Below are positions 41,511 to 53,690 of a stretch of 64,000 nucleotides of DNA, piece by piece. A program made the translations under genes and the position numbers. A model generated the notes under the pieces. That model was not told the DNA's origin, searched no databases, and saw only the letters and a program-made list of their open reading frames with translations. Source of the DNA: the human T2T-CHM13v2.0 reference genome, Homo sapiens; NCBI RefSeq assembly GCF_009914755.1, contig NC_060938.1, one strand, 5' to 3'. How positions within the stretch are numbered: the first letter of the stretch is position 1; every line of letters begins with the position of its first letter.

Positions 41511-42949
41511 GTTTGCACAACTACAACTAAACCTGGAACAAATTATCCTTTAATCCGTTATTAGGACACACCAATATATAGGTGCTTTCCTTTGCCTAGA
41601 CACAGAGGCAGTTATAACAGAGGTCCTTGTGAGGCCACAATTTAGCAAAATACTATGTCAAACATTTATAGCTTATATGAAAATTTCACATCCCCATATT
41701 GGCCACCTAAAGATGAAAACATATAACTCCCTAAATCTTAATTGGCCCTATTCTAATGTAAAACATAAAAACCATATAGGAAAAAACAGAAATTCAAATA
41801 GAAGTAACCTATACCTTTTTAAAAAAATTATATTCAGGACATATGGATGACAAATGGTCCACTGTGTTTTAGAATGAAGTAGACAAATTTGAGAAGTCAG
41901 TTAATTTTCACCTTCTTCTCCTGCTTCAGCTTCATCTCCTTGGGTATCTGATGTGTAAAATGTTAAGTAGTTTCTCAGTAGTTGCATTATTAGCATGCTA
42001 TCTTTATATGACTCTTAATGTATTGAGTCCAACAATGGCTTCATCAAAAGCTGTCTTTGCAAGACAGCAGGCTTTCTCCAGCAAGTTCAGATTCTCACAA
42101 TACAACACAGAGAGCTTATAGCCCAGACCCAATCTGATAGGATGTGTTGATTGCAATTCCTTTTTCTGATTTCAAAAGCTTCTTGATGTGCTTGTTGTGA
42201 CTGATCCACAATCCCTTTCTTATCATCACTAGCGGCAACCTGAGCCAAATAACAAAAGTAGACTCCTTTTGCTTTTAATAGATTTTGCTCTGTGCTTGTG
42301 AAGCTTTGGGGATCAAGAACTCTTCCAAAAGGGACAGTACATCATTTACAGATAGCTCTTAGCTCACTTTGCATTTTCTCTCTGTATTCTCAAGCCATCT
42401 GCTGTTTTTCTCAGCAGCTTCTGTCATTTGCCCAATACTTGAGACGAAGCTCCAAGATGACCTACAGGCTCCTGTAACATTTTTATAAGCAACTAAAAGA
42501 AGATTCCTCTCCTAATAAAAAAAAAATTCAGTTCCTTGCTTAGTTACAGACATCATGCAGTCTTTCGTGACAACATATTGCTCAGCCCATTTGGCCTTCT
42601 GCACCGGGATATTTTTACCCATGACTGAATGTTCTGTGTCAGAAGTGGTTGGCGGTAGACGAATGGGGGCTCGGCAATCTTTGGATGGTGAGAGTCGCAA
42701 GGCTCAAACTCTGTCCCTAGATCTTGCTGCTCACACGGTCTGTGTTTCTATTTTCAATTTGTGGCAAAATGTATAAGAAAGTGCTATGAAAGGAATATTA
42801 CTTGTATTATTTCCTCATCACTAAGTTCTTTATAGCAGTTTCTTTTCCCTTGTGGAAGAGAGTTCCAAACAGAGCCTATGAATCCCTGAAGAAATTTTAG
42901 CTCAGGAAATGATTTAAAAACAAAATCCAAATCCAATAGCCAAACTGAC

Positions 42950-44580
42950 TTATGTTTACCTTTAGAAGTTTTATAGTTCTAGACTTTACACTGAAGCCTA
43001 TGATGTGTTTTGTGTTCATTTTTACATGGTTCAAAGCACCTGAGTATGGATCAGATCTCATGTTTTTTGTCTTGTTCTGTTTTGTTTTGTTTTTGGCATA
43101 TAGATATCCAATTATTCCAGAACCATTTCTTGAAAATGACAATTCTTTCTCCAGTGAATTGCTTTTGTACCTTTGTCAAAAATCAGTATTTTGTGTATGA
43201 GAGTGTATTTATAGATTCCCTCTTCTGTTCCCTTGAGTAATTTGTCTCTCTTGATGCCATTCTTCTTGATAATTCAAGCTTTATAATAAGCCTTGAAATC
43301 AGGTAGTGTTTGCCATACAACTTTTTCTCCTTTTTTAAGTTTCTTTAAAAATTTGTGACTTGCATTTAGTTCCTTAGTATTTCTATAAGAATTTTAGAAT
43401 TAGCTTGCCAATTTCTACAAAAGAAAAAGAAGTCTCATGCTAGGATATTGATTGTGAATCTATAATTTGGTGAAAATCTACATCATAATATTTATCCTTC
43501 TGGCTCATGAACATGAGACATAAATCCATTTATTTATAGTTTAATTTCTCTAACATTTTCTAGTTTTAATGTTTATATCTTACACATTGTCAGATTTATC
43601 TCTAAGTATTTAATAATTTTAGTGCTATAATAAGTGACATCATTTTTAATTTCAATTTGTGAATATTTGTTGGTAGTATATTAAAATACAATTAATTTTA
43701 TGACTTGATCTGGTTCCTGCAACCCAATAAACTTACTTACTAGTTCTAGTACAAAGCTCAATAGAAGTAGTAAGAGAGTGATTTGTTTCTGATCATAGGG
43801 GAAAAGCACTATCTTTCATCAGTATGTACAATGTTAGCAACAGGATTTTTGTAAATGTCCTCAATTAAATTGCATGAATTATTTCTATTCCTGGTTTGCT
43901 GAGAGTTTGGGTGAAATGGAGGTTGGATTTTGTCAATTGCATTTTTATGTATCTACTGGGATGATCATTTTTTTTCTTTTATGCCTTTCTAATATGGTGA
44001 ATTATATTAATTAGTTTTCAATGTAAAGACCTTTTATTCTGGATAAGTTTCATTTGGTCATGATATGTCCCACTGTATTGCTGGATTTGGTTTGCTAAAA
44101 TTTTATTGACTCTTTTGCATCTATGTTTTTGGAAAGTATTATGCAGTTGTTTCTTGTTCTTATAAAGTCTTTCTAAATTTGGTATTATGATAATATTGTC
44201 CTCATCAAATAAAATGTAGAATATTCAATCCTCTTCAGTTTTCCAGGGAAAATTCTGTAGAATGGGTATGATTTCCTCTTTAAAAGTTTAGTATAATTTC
44301 TTGATGTTTACTTTGTGTTAATACTTTTGAATGCAAATTAAATTCCTTAATAGCTATAAAACATTTGAGGTTATTTTTCTTGACTGAGTAAATAATTCAT
44401 CTATTTCCTCTAAGTAGTCAAATTTATTAGTATAAAATTGCTTATAATATTCCCAAATTATACTTTTAATAGCTATAGAATCTTCTATGATGTCATCTCT
44501 TTTATTTCTAATTTGTAATTTGTGTTTTCTATCTTTTTTCCTAGTCAGTCTGGTAAAAGATTGGTTTTCTCAAAGAACCA
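42950..44580 (-). mobile_element. Old L1 (L1MB/MC) ORF2 fragment
   Basis: gatatccaattattccagaaccatttcttgaaa..., ttctattcctggtttgctgagagtt. Confidence 0.85.
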
Positions 44581-44750
44581 CCATTGATTACAGTATTTTG
44601 TTCTGTCTTGTATTTGTTTCAGGCACCTCACTCAGCCCATGTTAATCCATCATGGCCAGAGGCAGAGGGCTCAATATCTGTGTTTTCATAATTGATTTAA
44701 ATTCTTCCTTGATAAAGTCAGGAAATAAATTATCACACATTCAACACATT

Positions 44751-44753
<3 letters not shown>

Positions 44754-44799
<46 letters not shown>
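44754..44799. repeat. (AC)23 microsatellite
   Basis: Perfect dinucleotide run. Confidence 0.98.
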
Positions 44800-44801
<2 letters not shown>

Positions 44802-45940
44802 AAACAAACAAAACCCAAATAAGTATTCTCACTGTGGAATGTCCATTTTCTCTGCCCAGCTTAAGCCTCTAATGCTAACTTCTATTAACCCTGGGCCTCT
44901 ATATGTAACTTGACCTCTCCATTTCAACCTAATAGCACATTCACTCACCTCACTTTTCATTTGCCCTTAACATGTATTAATAGGTGTCCTTCACTCTAGG
45001 CTATTGATTAAGCCATCAGTATTTGTCATACCCCTCATGTCTTTGTGATTTCCCAAAGTCAATGTCTCCTCTACCTGCCCTATACCACTTGCCTCATAGT
45101 CTGGCCCAAATAAATCTATCTTGACAGTAAGGATTTTCATAATATTAACAAAATACTGTAATATTAGAAAATTCTTTCATTCTAAGGAGAGTACATATAA
45201 TAACCTGGGGGCAAGGGGTGCAGAAAATGGGGGTATGAGAAGACAACCTTAGAGGTCAAAACGCATAAGTGGTATATTTCAACTGTCAATATCATTTACG
45301 TTTTTTATTGTCTGTAGATTCTACTAGTAATATAATTTTCATTTTGGTATAATTTATTTTTACTTGACAAATAATAGTTGTGCACATTTATACTAGCATA
45401 ATTTTTAAATGTCATGCCTCTTTTGAAAAAGTTCTGTGATGTTATTAAAATCAAAAGAAGAACATGATTATGCTCATGATTCATATTCTCTGCAGGAATA
45501 TTGACTTTGAAATATGAGCTTTTACAAAATTGTTAACATATTGCTTGATCCTCAATTAGTACATTCATGTTTTACTTGTAAGATTTTTTAAAAAATAATA
45601 CATGTTTTTAAAAATGTCATACCTCAAATACATCACATAAAATCATAAATGGGTTTTAATAACTTTCTGACTGTTATACCTTAAAACTCATTATGAAGTG
45701 TTTATTTTTTAAAAGCTATAGGACTACATCTTACCTTTTTAATTGAAAAATCAGTAAAATTGCAATGAAACAATAATTAATAAAAAAGTCTCATAGGGGA
45801 AACATTTCTAAGGGAAAAAAAAAACACCACATTGAGTGATGCTACTCTCACCATCCTTCCTTCATTGTTGCCCCAGTATCATCATAAATGTTAACATTAA
45901 TCTTCCTCCCCATTTTCCATTTTTCTACTCCTTTCTCCAG

Positions 45941-46227
45941 GTATGCCCTCCCTGCACTACTTTACGTTTAATGAGTGCCTAGGGAAGTATATTCTCCAGT
46001 AGCGATAACACCTGAATTGAGTCCCTATCACAAGAAAGTCTTCTCACTCTGAATTGCCAGGAAAAAAAAAAGTCTTCTAATCCCTTCAGAATGATTAGTG
46101 GAGGTACACCTTCTAAAGGGCTATTTTGGGTATGTCTTTCAGCCAAGGTTTTGACTAAACTCCACAATCTAAATGTGTAAAAGAGTAACACTTAACAACA
46201 TGAAGTCAAATCAAAAAGCAAAACTAG
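45941..46227 (+). other. Candidate exon / recursive-splice site
   Basis: About 38-nt pyrimidine tract + CAG|GTATGC at 45940; downstream TAG|GTAAGA donor at 46227. Confidence 0.3.
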
Positions 46228-46905
46228 GTAAGAAATATCTAAAGTAAACAGTGATACACAGTTTTATTTCTAATGTTTTTCTTATGCGGGTTGATCTAGT
46301 TTAATTTAAGACAAGTAAAATGGCAATTATATGATCTTAATTTAAAAGTATCTTTCTTTAGAGGAACTTAAATGAGTTGTTACATGTAATTCCATTAAGA
46401 CTGTAGCTACGTAATCTTTAAGTAAAGAACAATTTTATATTTCCAAACATGTATGACAAAAAATACAAATTACGACATTTTCAAAGACAGGAGCTATGAG
46501 CAATATTGATACATCTGCAGTCCTATAACCTTGCTAAAATAGAAAAATTGACTCAATGGGAAAATAAATAAGCTAAATCTATTTCAGACTCTGACCCCAA
46601 AGAAAGTCCCTTGATCAACCTAGATAAGCATTTCCTTCCCTGTAATATGAGAAGAGTGCATCAAGACTAATTTTCCCAGCAACAAATCCAAATTGACAAT
46701 AATTAAATGATTTTCAATCTGGGTCAAAATGGAAGCTGCAAAGCAATGTTAGTGATAATAAGCACACATGCATATGTATATATCCACACACATGCACACT
46801 TGCATATACCAGGTCACACCATGCATGTTTAATGCCTTGTAGTTGTCAAAGGTAGCATGGGATATGGCTACCCTCTGCTCACTGTTTTTATTTTTTGAAT
46901 TTTTT

Positions 46906-49314
46906 TTTATTAGTCCATTCTTGTGTTGCTATAAAGAAATTCCTGAGACTGGGTAATTTATTTTTTAAAAAAGTTTAATTGGCTCATGAATCTTCTGGTT
47001 TTACAGGATGCATGGTGCTGGTATCTGCTGAGCTTCTGGGGAATCCTCAGGAAGCTTACAATCATGGGAGAAGGTGAAGGTGGGTGGAGCAAGCATATCA
47101 CGTGGTGAAAGCAGGAGTAAGAACGAGAGTTGGGCGAGAGGTGCCACACACTTTAAATGACCAGATCTCAGGATAATTCACTCATTTTTGCAAAAACAGC
47201 ACCAACCCATCAGGGTCCATTACCATGGTCCAAATACCTCCTACCAGGCCCTATCTCCAGCATTAGGGATTGCAATTTGACATGATATTTGGGCAGCAAC
47301 AAATATCCAGACTTTATCATTCCATCCCTGGCTCCTCCCAAATCTCACGTCCCTGCAAAATACAATCATACCTTCCCAACAGTCCCCCAAAGACTTAACT
47401 CATCCCAGCAGTAACTCAAAAGTTCAAAGTCTCATCTGAGACAAGGCAAGTCACTTCCACCTATAAGCCTATGAAGTAAAAAACAAGTTAGTTATTTCTA
47501 AGATGCAATTGGGGTATAGGCACTGAGTAAACATTCCCATTCCAAAAGGGAGAAATCAGTCAAAAGAAAGGGGTTACAGTCCTTATGAAAGTGTGAAACT
47601 CAGCAGGGCAGTCATTGAATCTGAAAGCTCCAAAATAATCTCTTTTGACTCCATGTCCCACATCCAGGGGACACTGGTGCAAGGGTTGGGCTCCCAAGAC
47701 CTTGAGCAGCTCCGTCCCTGTGGCTTTGCAGGGTTTAGCCCCCACGGCTGCTCTCACAGGTTGAAATTGAGTGCCTGTAGCTTTTCCACACTGTGGGTGC
47801 AAGCTGCTGGATCTACCATTGTCGGGTCTGCAGAATGGTGGCTCCCTTTTCACAACTCCATTAGGCAATGCCCTGGTGGGGACTCTTTGTGGGGGCTCCA
47901 ACCCCACATTTCCCCCTATACTGTCCTAGCAGAGGGCTCCGCCCCTGCTGCAGGCTTCTCATACAGCCTCTGAAACCTAGGCAGAGGCTGTCAAGCATTC
48001 TTCACTCTTGGATTCTGTGTGCCTGCAGGCTTAACACCACATGGAAGCCACCAAGGCTTACGACTTGCACTCTCTGGAGCTGGAGCAGCCACTAGAGCTG
48101 TAGCTAAGCCCATTTGGGCCTTGGCTAAAGCCAGAATGGCCAAAATGCAGGGAGCAGTGTCCCCAAGCTGCTCAGGGTAGTGGGGCCTGACTCATAAAAC
48201 CATTCAGTCCTCCTAGACATCAGGGCCTGTGACGGAAGGGGCTGCCATAACGATTTCTGAAATGCCTTCAAAATATTTTTCCCATTGTCTCTACTATTAA
48301 CACTTAACTCCTTTTCAGTTACGCAAATATCTCTAGCAAGTGGTTGCTCTGCAGCCTGCTTGGATTCCTCCCCCCAAAAAAGCTTTTTATTTCTCTGCCA
48401 CATGGCTAGACATTAAATTTTCCAAACTTTTATGCTCTGCTTCCTATTTATATCTAAATTCAATCTTTAAGTCATTTATTTGCCTCATCTGAGCATAGGT
48501 TGTAAAAAGCAGCTGGCCACCTCTTGAATGCTTTGCTGCTTAGTAATTTCTTCTGTCAGATATCCTAAATCATCACTTTGAAGTTCAAACTTCCACAGAT
48601 CCCTAAGGCATCAACAGAATGCAAACAAGTTATTTGCTAAGGCATAACATGTGTGACCTTTGCTTCAGTTTCCAATAAATTCCTCATTTCCATCTGAGAC
48701 CTCAGCAGCCTGGACTTCACTGTTAATATCACTATTAGCATTTTAGTCACAACTATTGAACCAGTCTCTACAAAGTTCCAAACTTTCCCTCATCTTCCTA
48801 TCTTCTTCTCGGCCCTCTAAACTCTTCCAACCTCTGCTCATTATGCAGTTCCAAAGCTGCTCTCATATTTTCAGCTATCTTTACAATAATACCCCACTCT
48901 TGGTACCAATTTTTCATATTATTCTGTTCTTACATTGCCATAAAGAAATATCTGAGACTGGGTAATTTATAAAGAGGTTTAATTGGCTCATGCTTCTGCA
49001 GGTTTTACAGGATGCATGGTGTTGGCTTCTGCTCAGCTTCTGGAGAGGCCTCAAGAAGCTTACAATCATGGCAGAAGGTGAAGGGGGAGCAATAGCATCA
49101 CATGGCAAAAGCAGGAGCAAGTTGAGAGGAGAAGTGTCACACGCTTTTAAATGACCAGATCTCATGAGAACTCATTCATTATCACAAAGACACCACTCAG
49201 CCATGAGGGATCCACCCCCATGATCCAAACACCTCTCACCAGGCCCTATCTCCAGCATTGGGAATTATAATTCAACATGAGATTTGGGCAGGGACAAACA
49301 TCCAAACTATATCA
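46906..49314 (-). mobile_element. Complete MST (MSTA-like) MaLR element: LTR 46906-47319, internal 47320-48914, LTR 48915-49314
   Basis: Two homologous direct LTRs (tattag...gagactgggtaattta...tatca) flank a ~1.6 kb MaLR-int; inserted at an L1 tail. Confidence 0.92.
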
Positions 49315-50410
49315 GTTTTAATTTACAAACATTAAATTCACTTTTTTGGTGTAGAGGTCTATGAGTTTCGATGAATGCAAGTAATGTAATAACCACCATA
49401 GTCAAGATATAGAATAGTTCTGTCAGCTGAAGAAAATTGTCCCATGCTGCCTTATAGTCACATACCCCAATTGAGAATACCCACATACCCACTGATATTT
49501 TCTGTTTGTAGTTTTACCTTTTCCCAAAATGGTATGTGTGTGTGTGTCTGTGTGTGTGTCTATGTGTGTGAAGAGAGAATTGTTATAAACACACACACAC
49601 AGACACACAGATCGAGAATATCCCACAATATGTAGCCTGTTGTGGTTGACTCATTTCACTTGACATAATTGATTTGAGATCCACCATGTTATTGGTACAT
49701 ATCAATAGTTCATTATTTTTATTTCTGAGTAGTATCTTACTGTATGGATGTACCATACTTAGTTTATTCATTTACATAGTGAAGAATATCAGGTTGTTTC
49801 CAGTTTGGGGCAATTATGAGTAAAGCTGCTATAAACATTCAAGGTTTTCTTGCACACAGAAGCTTTCATTTCTCTTTGGCAACACCCAAGGGCAGATTTC
49901 TAGATGATGTGGTACAAATATATATAACTTCTGCCTGTTTTCCAAGGTAGTTGTATCATTTTGCATTCCCACTAGCTATGAATGAGAGTTTCACTTGTGC
50001 CACAACTTCACCAGGTATTGCTATTGTCAGTTTTTTATTGTTTTGTCTTATTTTGCTTTAACTATTTTAATTTGTGTGTAGTTGTATCTCATTGTGATTT
50101 TAATTTTTATTCTCCTAATGACTAACTATGTTGAGCACCTTTTGATGTGTTTTATATCTTCTTTGGTGAAATGTCTATTCAAAATTTTGCCCATGTTTTA
50201 ATTAGGTGGTTTGTTTTCTTATTTTTTTTTTGAGCTTCATGTGTTTTATATATCCTATATAAAAATATCCTATATAATGATGTGTTTATTTATCATTCTT
50301 ATATCTTCTTTGGTGAAATGTCTATTCAAAATTTTGCCCGTGTTTTAATTGGGTGGTTTGTTTTCTTATTTTTTTTTTTTGAGCTTCATGTGTTTTATAT
50401 ATCCTATGTC
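49315..50410 (-). mobile_element. Old L1 (L1MB/MC) 3' end
   Basis: aaccaccatagtcaagatatagaatag..., gttgtttccagtttggggcaattatgagtaaagctgctataaacatt. Confidence 0.85.
50152..50407. repeat. Near-identical ~107 bp duplication with a 40-bp spacer
   Basis: 50152-50258 vs 50299-50407 differ by 2 substitutions and T-run length. Confidence 0.95.
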
Positions 50411-51159
50411 CACTTCTGAATGTAATTATAACAGATGTGAAATCTCTATTCATCATAGTATCCATAAACTCTTACACATGGGTTAAGTGGCTTGTAACAA
50501 GGCTTTTGTGGCAAAAAAAATTATGTCTTCGACCTAATTATGCTCTTTTTCTGTTGGTATATCTTTCTAGATGTTTACCAATGTCTACTGAAAATGTACA
50601 TTCCTATTGACATACCAATGGCCTTTCTTAGTTAGAGCTATGTATAAAGAACTAAGTACAGGAATATGACTTCAAACATTGACGCAAATGCCAGAAATTG
50701 GGAACCACTTAAAATTTCAAATACAGGGGATTGAGTAAATTGATTATGGTGCAACCATATCAAGGAATACAATGAAGGTATTGAACCTGGTGTATTAGAA
50801 CTGGATTTATTGACTTAGGATAATGTTACTGGTTATTGATTTTCTCAAATTGTTATTTGATAATAGGTATTAACAAAATTAATGCATAGGTTGATGTATT
50901 TTTAAATAAAAATATATGCAAATCTATTCATTCAATGAATATTTACTAAGTATTGACAGTTTTCCAGGAATTGTGCTACGCACTGGGAGTACAAAGATAA
51001 GCAATTATATAATTACATCTTATAAACACATTAATAAAGTCAAAATTTGAAGGATACAAAGAAAATAATGAACTGGCAAAATATGGCTCTAAAATGTCAG
51101 TAAATCAATTTATGCTTTTCCTTAGAGGCACCTAGAGATAAATAATGGCCAAATTATAG

Positions 51160-51375
51160 TATAGTGTTTAAATGTGTGCACTGGGAGCAGCTGGTTCCGG
51201 AGCCACTCAGAAACACAGTTTCAAGTCCTAGTTATGTTGGTTTCTACCTATGCATATTGGGGCAAATCATTTAACCTCATATATTACAATTACTATGTGA
51301 ATTAAAAATATATTCCAAGTAAGGCAACATAAGGTCTTTACATGGTAAGTACAAAATAAATGTTAGCTATTATTA
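51160..51375 (+). mobile_element. MIR
   Basis: ttggggcaaatcatttaacctc...ataaatgttagctattatt. Confidence 0.65.
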
Positions 51376-52526
51376 TTATTACCCTTATACAAGTAAATTT
51401 TTAAATGGTAAATTCCATCCAAGCCTCCTAATAGTAAACAAGTTAATAAAAAAGGAACTAAGTAGCAGTGTCATTGACCATATGTGCATCTATATGGACT
51501 CTGACTTCTAAGCATTTATTTGATTTTAAAAATATATATGTATTTTCATGTTATTTATTGTTAGTTAAAATGAATATTTTGTAAGGATAGTGAGGGTGTG
51601 AAGAACATTGAGACATTTCCTCATTTATATTATCTACCTTTTTATGAGTAGATTCATACCAAATTTAGCTAATAAAGATATATACTTCAAAATTGAAGCA
51701 GTAATATTGCTACCCCTAAAGTAAAATACTTTGGCTCGCAAACAATAGGAAGGTTGAAAAGTACTTTGAAATTTCATGGTGGCTAATAGCTATAATTAAG
51801 GGGTCAGTAATGACCACAATTGTGTGTGGATAATATAAGGAAATGAGTGACTCATTCTAATTCTTAATGATACTGAAAAGAAAAGGTTATATAGAGGCAG
51901 ATTTGTTAGCATTTCCATTACATTTCAAATCTGTCCATGAAAGATAAGTGCAGCTGCTGCATAGAGAATTAAAAGATAAAAAAGTCTTGGGCTCTATAAA
52001 ACTTAAGATAAAGATGTTATCCCTGAGGTCTCCCCTCAGTGCATATGTGTTTTGCATCTGAAATTAGCATTGGTAGTTGATTTTACATAAATGAGCTATA
52101 TTGTAGTGTTTGAGTAAGGGAATCCTTTAAACAGCATAGGAAGGCAGAAAGTAATAAAGAAGACAAAGGGGGATAATCACAAGGATTTGTAGAACATGCT
52201 TTCATTGCCTGCTGGTCAGCTGAGTGATTTTGCACTGCTTTTTGTGTTGCTATGTTGTTAAACTTATTCGACTTGAAGAAGATAAATATCCACAAGACAA
52301 AAAGTTCTTCAAATATCTTGCTAAAATTATTAGATTATGTGATATACAACAACTGTGAAAAGATTTGTACTATTCCCCTTTTCTATACCCCTTTAAATTT
52401 ATTTTTACTTTAGGAAAAAAAAAGAGTCATTAATGTCACATCAGAGAAACCGTTTCAAAATTCTATCCCCTATGGTCCTTCAATCCCACTCTCTATAGCT
52501 CAGGAGGAAACGAGGTTATCTGTTTC

Positions 52527-53124
52527 TGAAAGCAACAGGAAGCAGCCAAATGCCTAGGCAGATAGGGGCAGATCCCCGCTGAAACCCACCTTCAAGCCAA
52601 AAACAGCCTGAAGGCTGAAAGACTGGACTACTGGTACGATGAAACCCACAACTGAGAATGAGAACTTCTCTTCCTCTTTGCCCCACTGTTTCCCAATTGA
52701 TTCTTTCTGAATAATGTCTTTTAACCAATGAATGTTGTTTTTTCCAATACTACCGACAGTCTTTCCCTCCCCGATTCTAAGCCCATAAAAAGCCCCAGAC
52801 TCAGCCATATTGAGGGGATTTTCCTGCCTTCAGGTGGGGGGACCCCTCCCACACCGCTGCCATATCCCCTTTCCACTGAAAGCTGTTTTATCATTCAATA
52901 AAACTCCCTGCCTTGCTTACTCTTCAATGTCAGCACATCGTCATTCTTCTTGGGTATGGGACAGGAACTGGGGAAACAGTGCATAAGCCAGACTTGGCCT
53001 GGGCAGACTGAGTGGGCAGGCCATCTCCTGCAGCATGCAGCTATGATCAAGCAAAGCCCGGATGAGGCATCACCAGCTGGAGATCCCCAGCTTGCAAAGT
53101 GACCAAGAAGAAAATCCTGTGTCA
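52527..53124 (+). mobile_element. ERV1 solo LTR (LTR27/28-like)
   Basis: tgaaagcaacaggaagcagccaaatgcctaggcagataggggc...aataaa...cctgtgtca. Confidence 0.85.
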
Positions 53125-53224
53125 TGTCATTCCAGCAAGTCAACAGCTCTCTTAGTTGAGCTAACAGATTATAGTCTTAAGTAAATTAGACAAAGAAAAC
53201 AGTTGTATGTCTTGATTCTGAGAT

Positions 53225-53690
53225 TCTTTTTAAAATACATTTTATTGTGTATATTTGAGATTTACAACATGATGTATGGGGTACATATAGATAAATGGTT
53301 ACTATAGTGAAGCAGATCAACATATTCATCACTTTACATAATTACTTCTCTGAGACAAAATCAGCTAAAATCTACTTATTTAACAAAAATATCTAATACA
53401 ATAGAATTGCATCTCATGTGACACATTAGATCTCTGATTTATCCTACATACTTTGTATTCGTTGACATACATCTCCCCATTGTCTCTCCTTTTACCACTT
53501 ACCTGCAGTAACCACTGTTTGATTCTCTATGTCTGTGTATTTTATATATATGTTTTATATTCCTCATATAACTGAGATCATGCAATGTTTTTCTTTCTGT
53601 GTGTGGGTTATTTTACTTAGCAGAATGTCCTCCAGGTCCATCCATGTTGTGGCAAGGATCTCCTTCTTATTTAAGGCTAAATAATATTCC
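53225..53690 (-). mobile_element. L1MA/MB 3' end
   Basis: tttattgtgtatatttgagatttacaacatgatg...tccatgttgtggcaaggatctccttc. Confidence 0.8.

Larger units (their letters stand above)
39964..42742 (-). pseudogene. YWHAZ (pseudogene): Processed pseudogene of YWHAZ (14-3-3 zeta): 5'UTR, disrupted CDS (42622-41901), and 3'UTR to a proximal poly(A) site
   Basis: Minus-strand translation gives MGKNIPVQKAKWAEQ..., [13 protein letters not shown]..., STHPIRLGL..., [10 protein letters not shown]... and ...[17 protein letters not shown], the zeta-specific C-terminus. Intronless and frameshifted. 5'UTR ends acacagaacattcagtcATG. The 3'UTR resumes across the LTR and Alu. Residual A tail; TSD t(a/g)tttctatttt at 39956-39967 and 42743-42754. 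Confidence 0.93.

Noticed and set aside
42512-42700. Open 62-aa ORF at the pseudogene 5' end as a functional 14-3-3
   Set aside because: Stops after about 36 codons of 14-3-3 similarity; multiple frameshifts downstream
47560-48403. ORFs of 75-126 aa
   Set aside because: Lie within the decayed MST internal region
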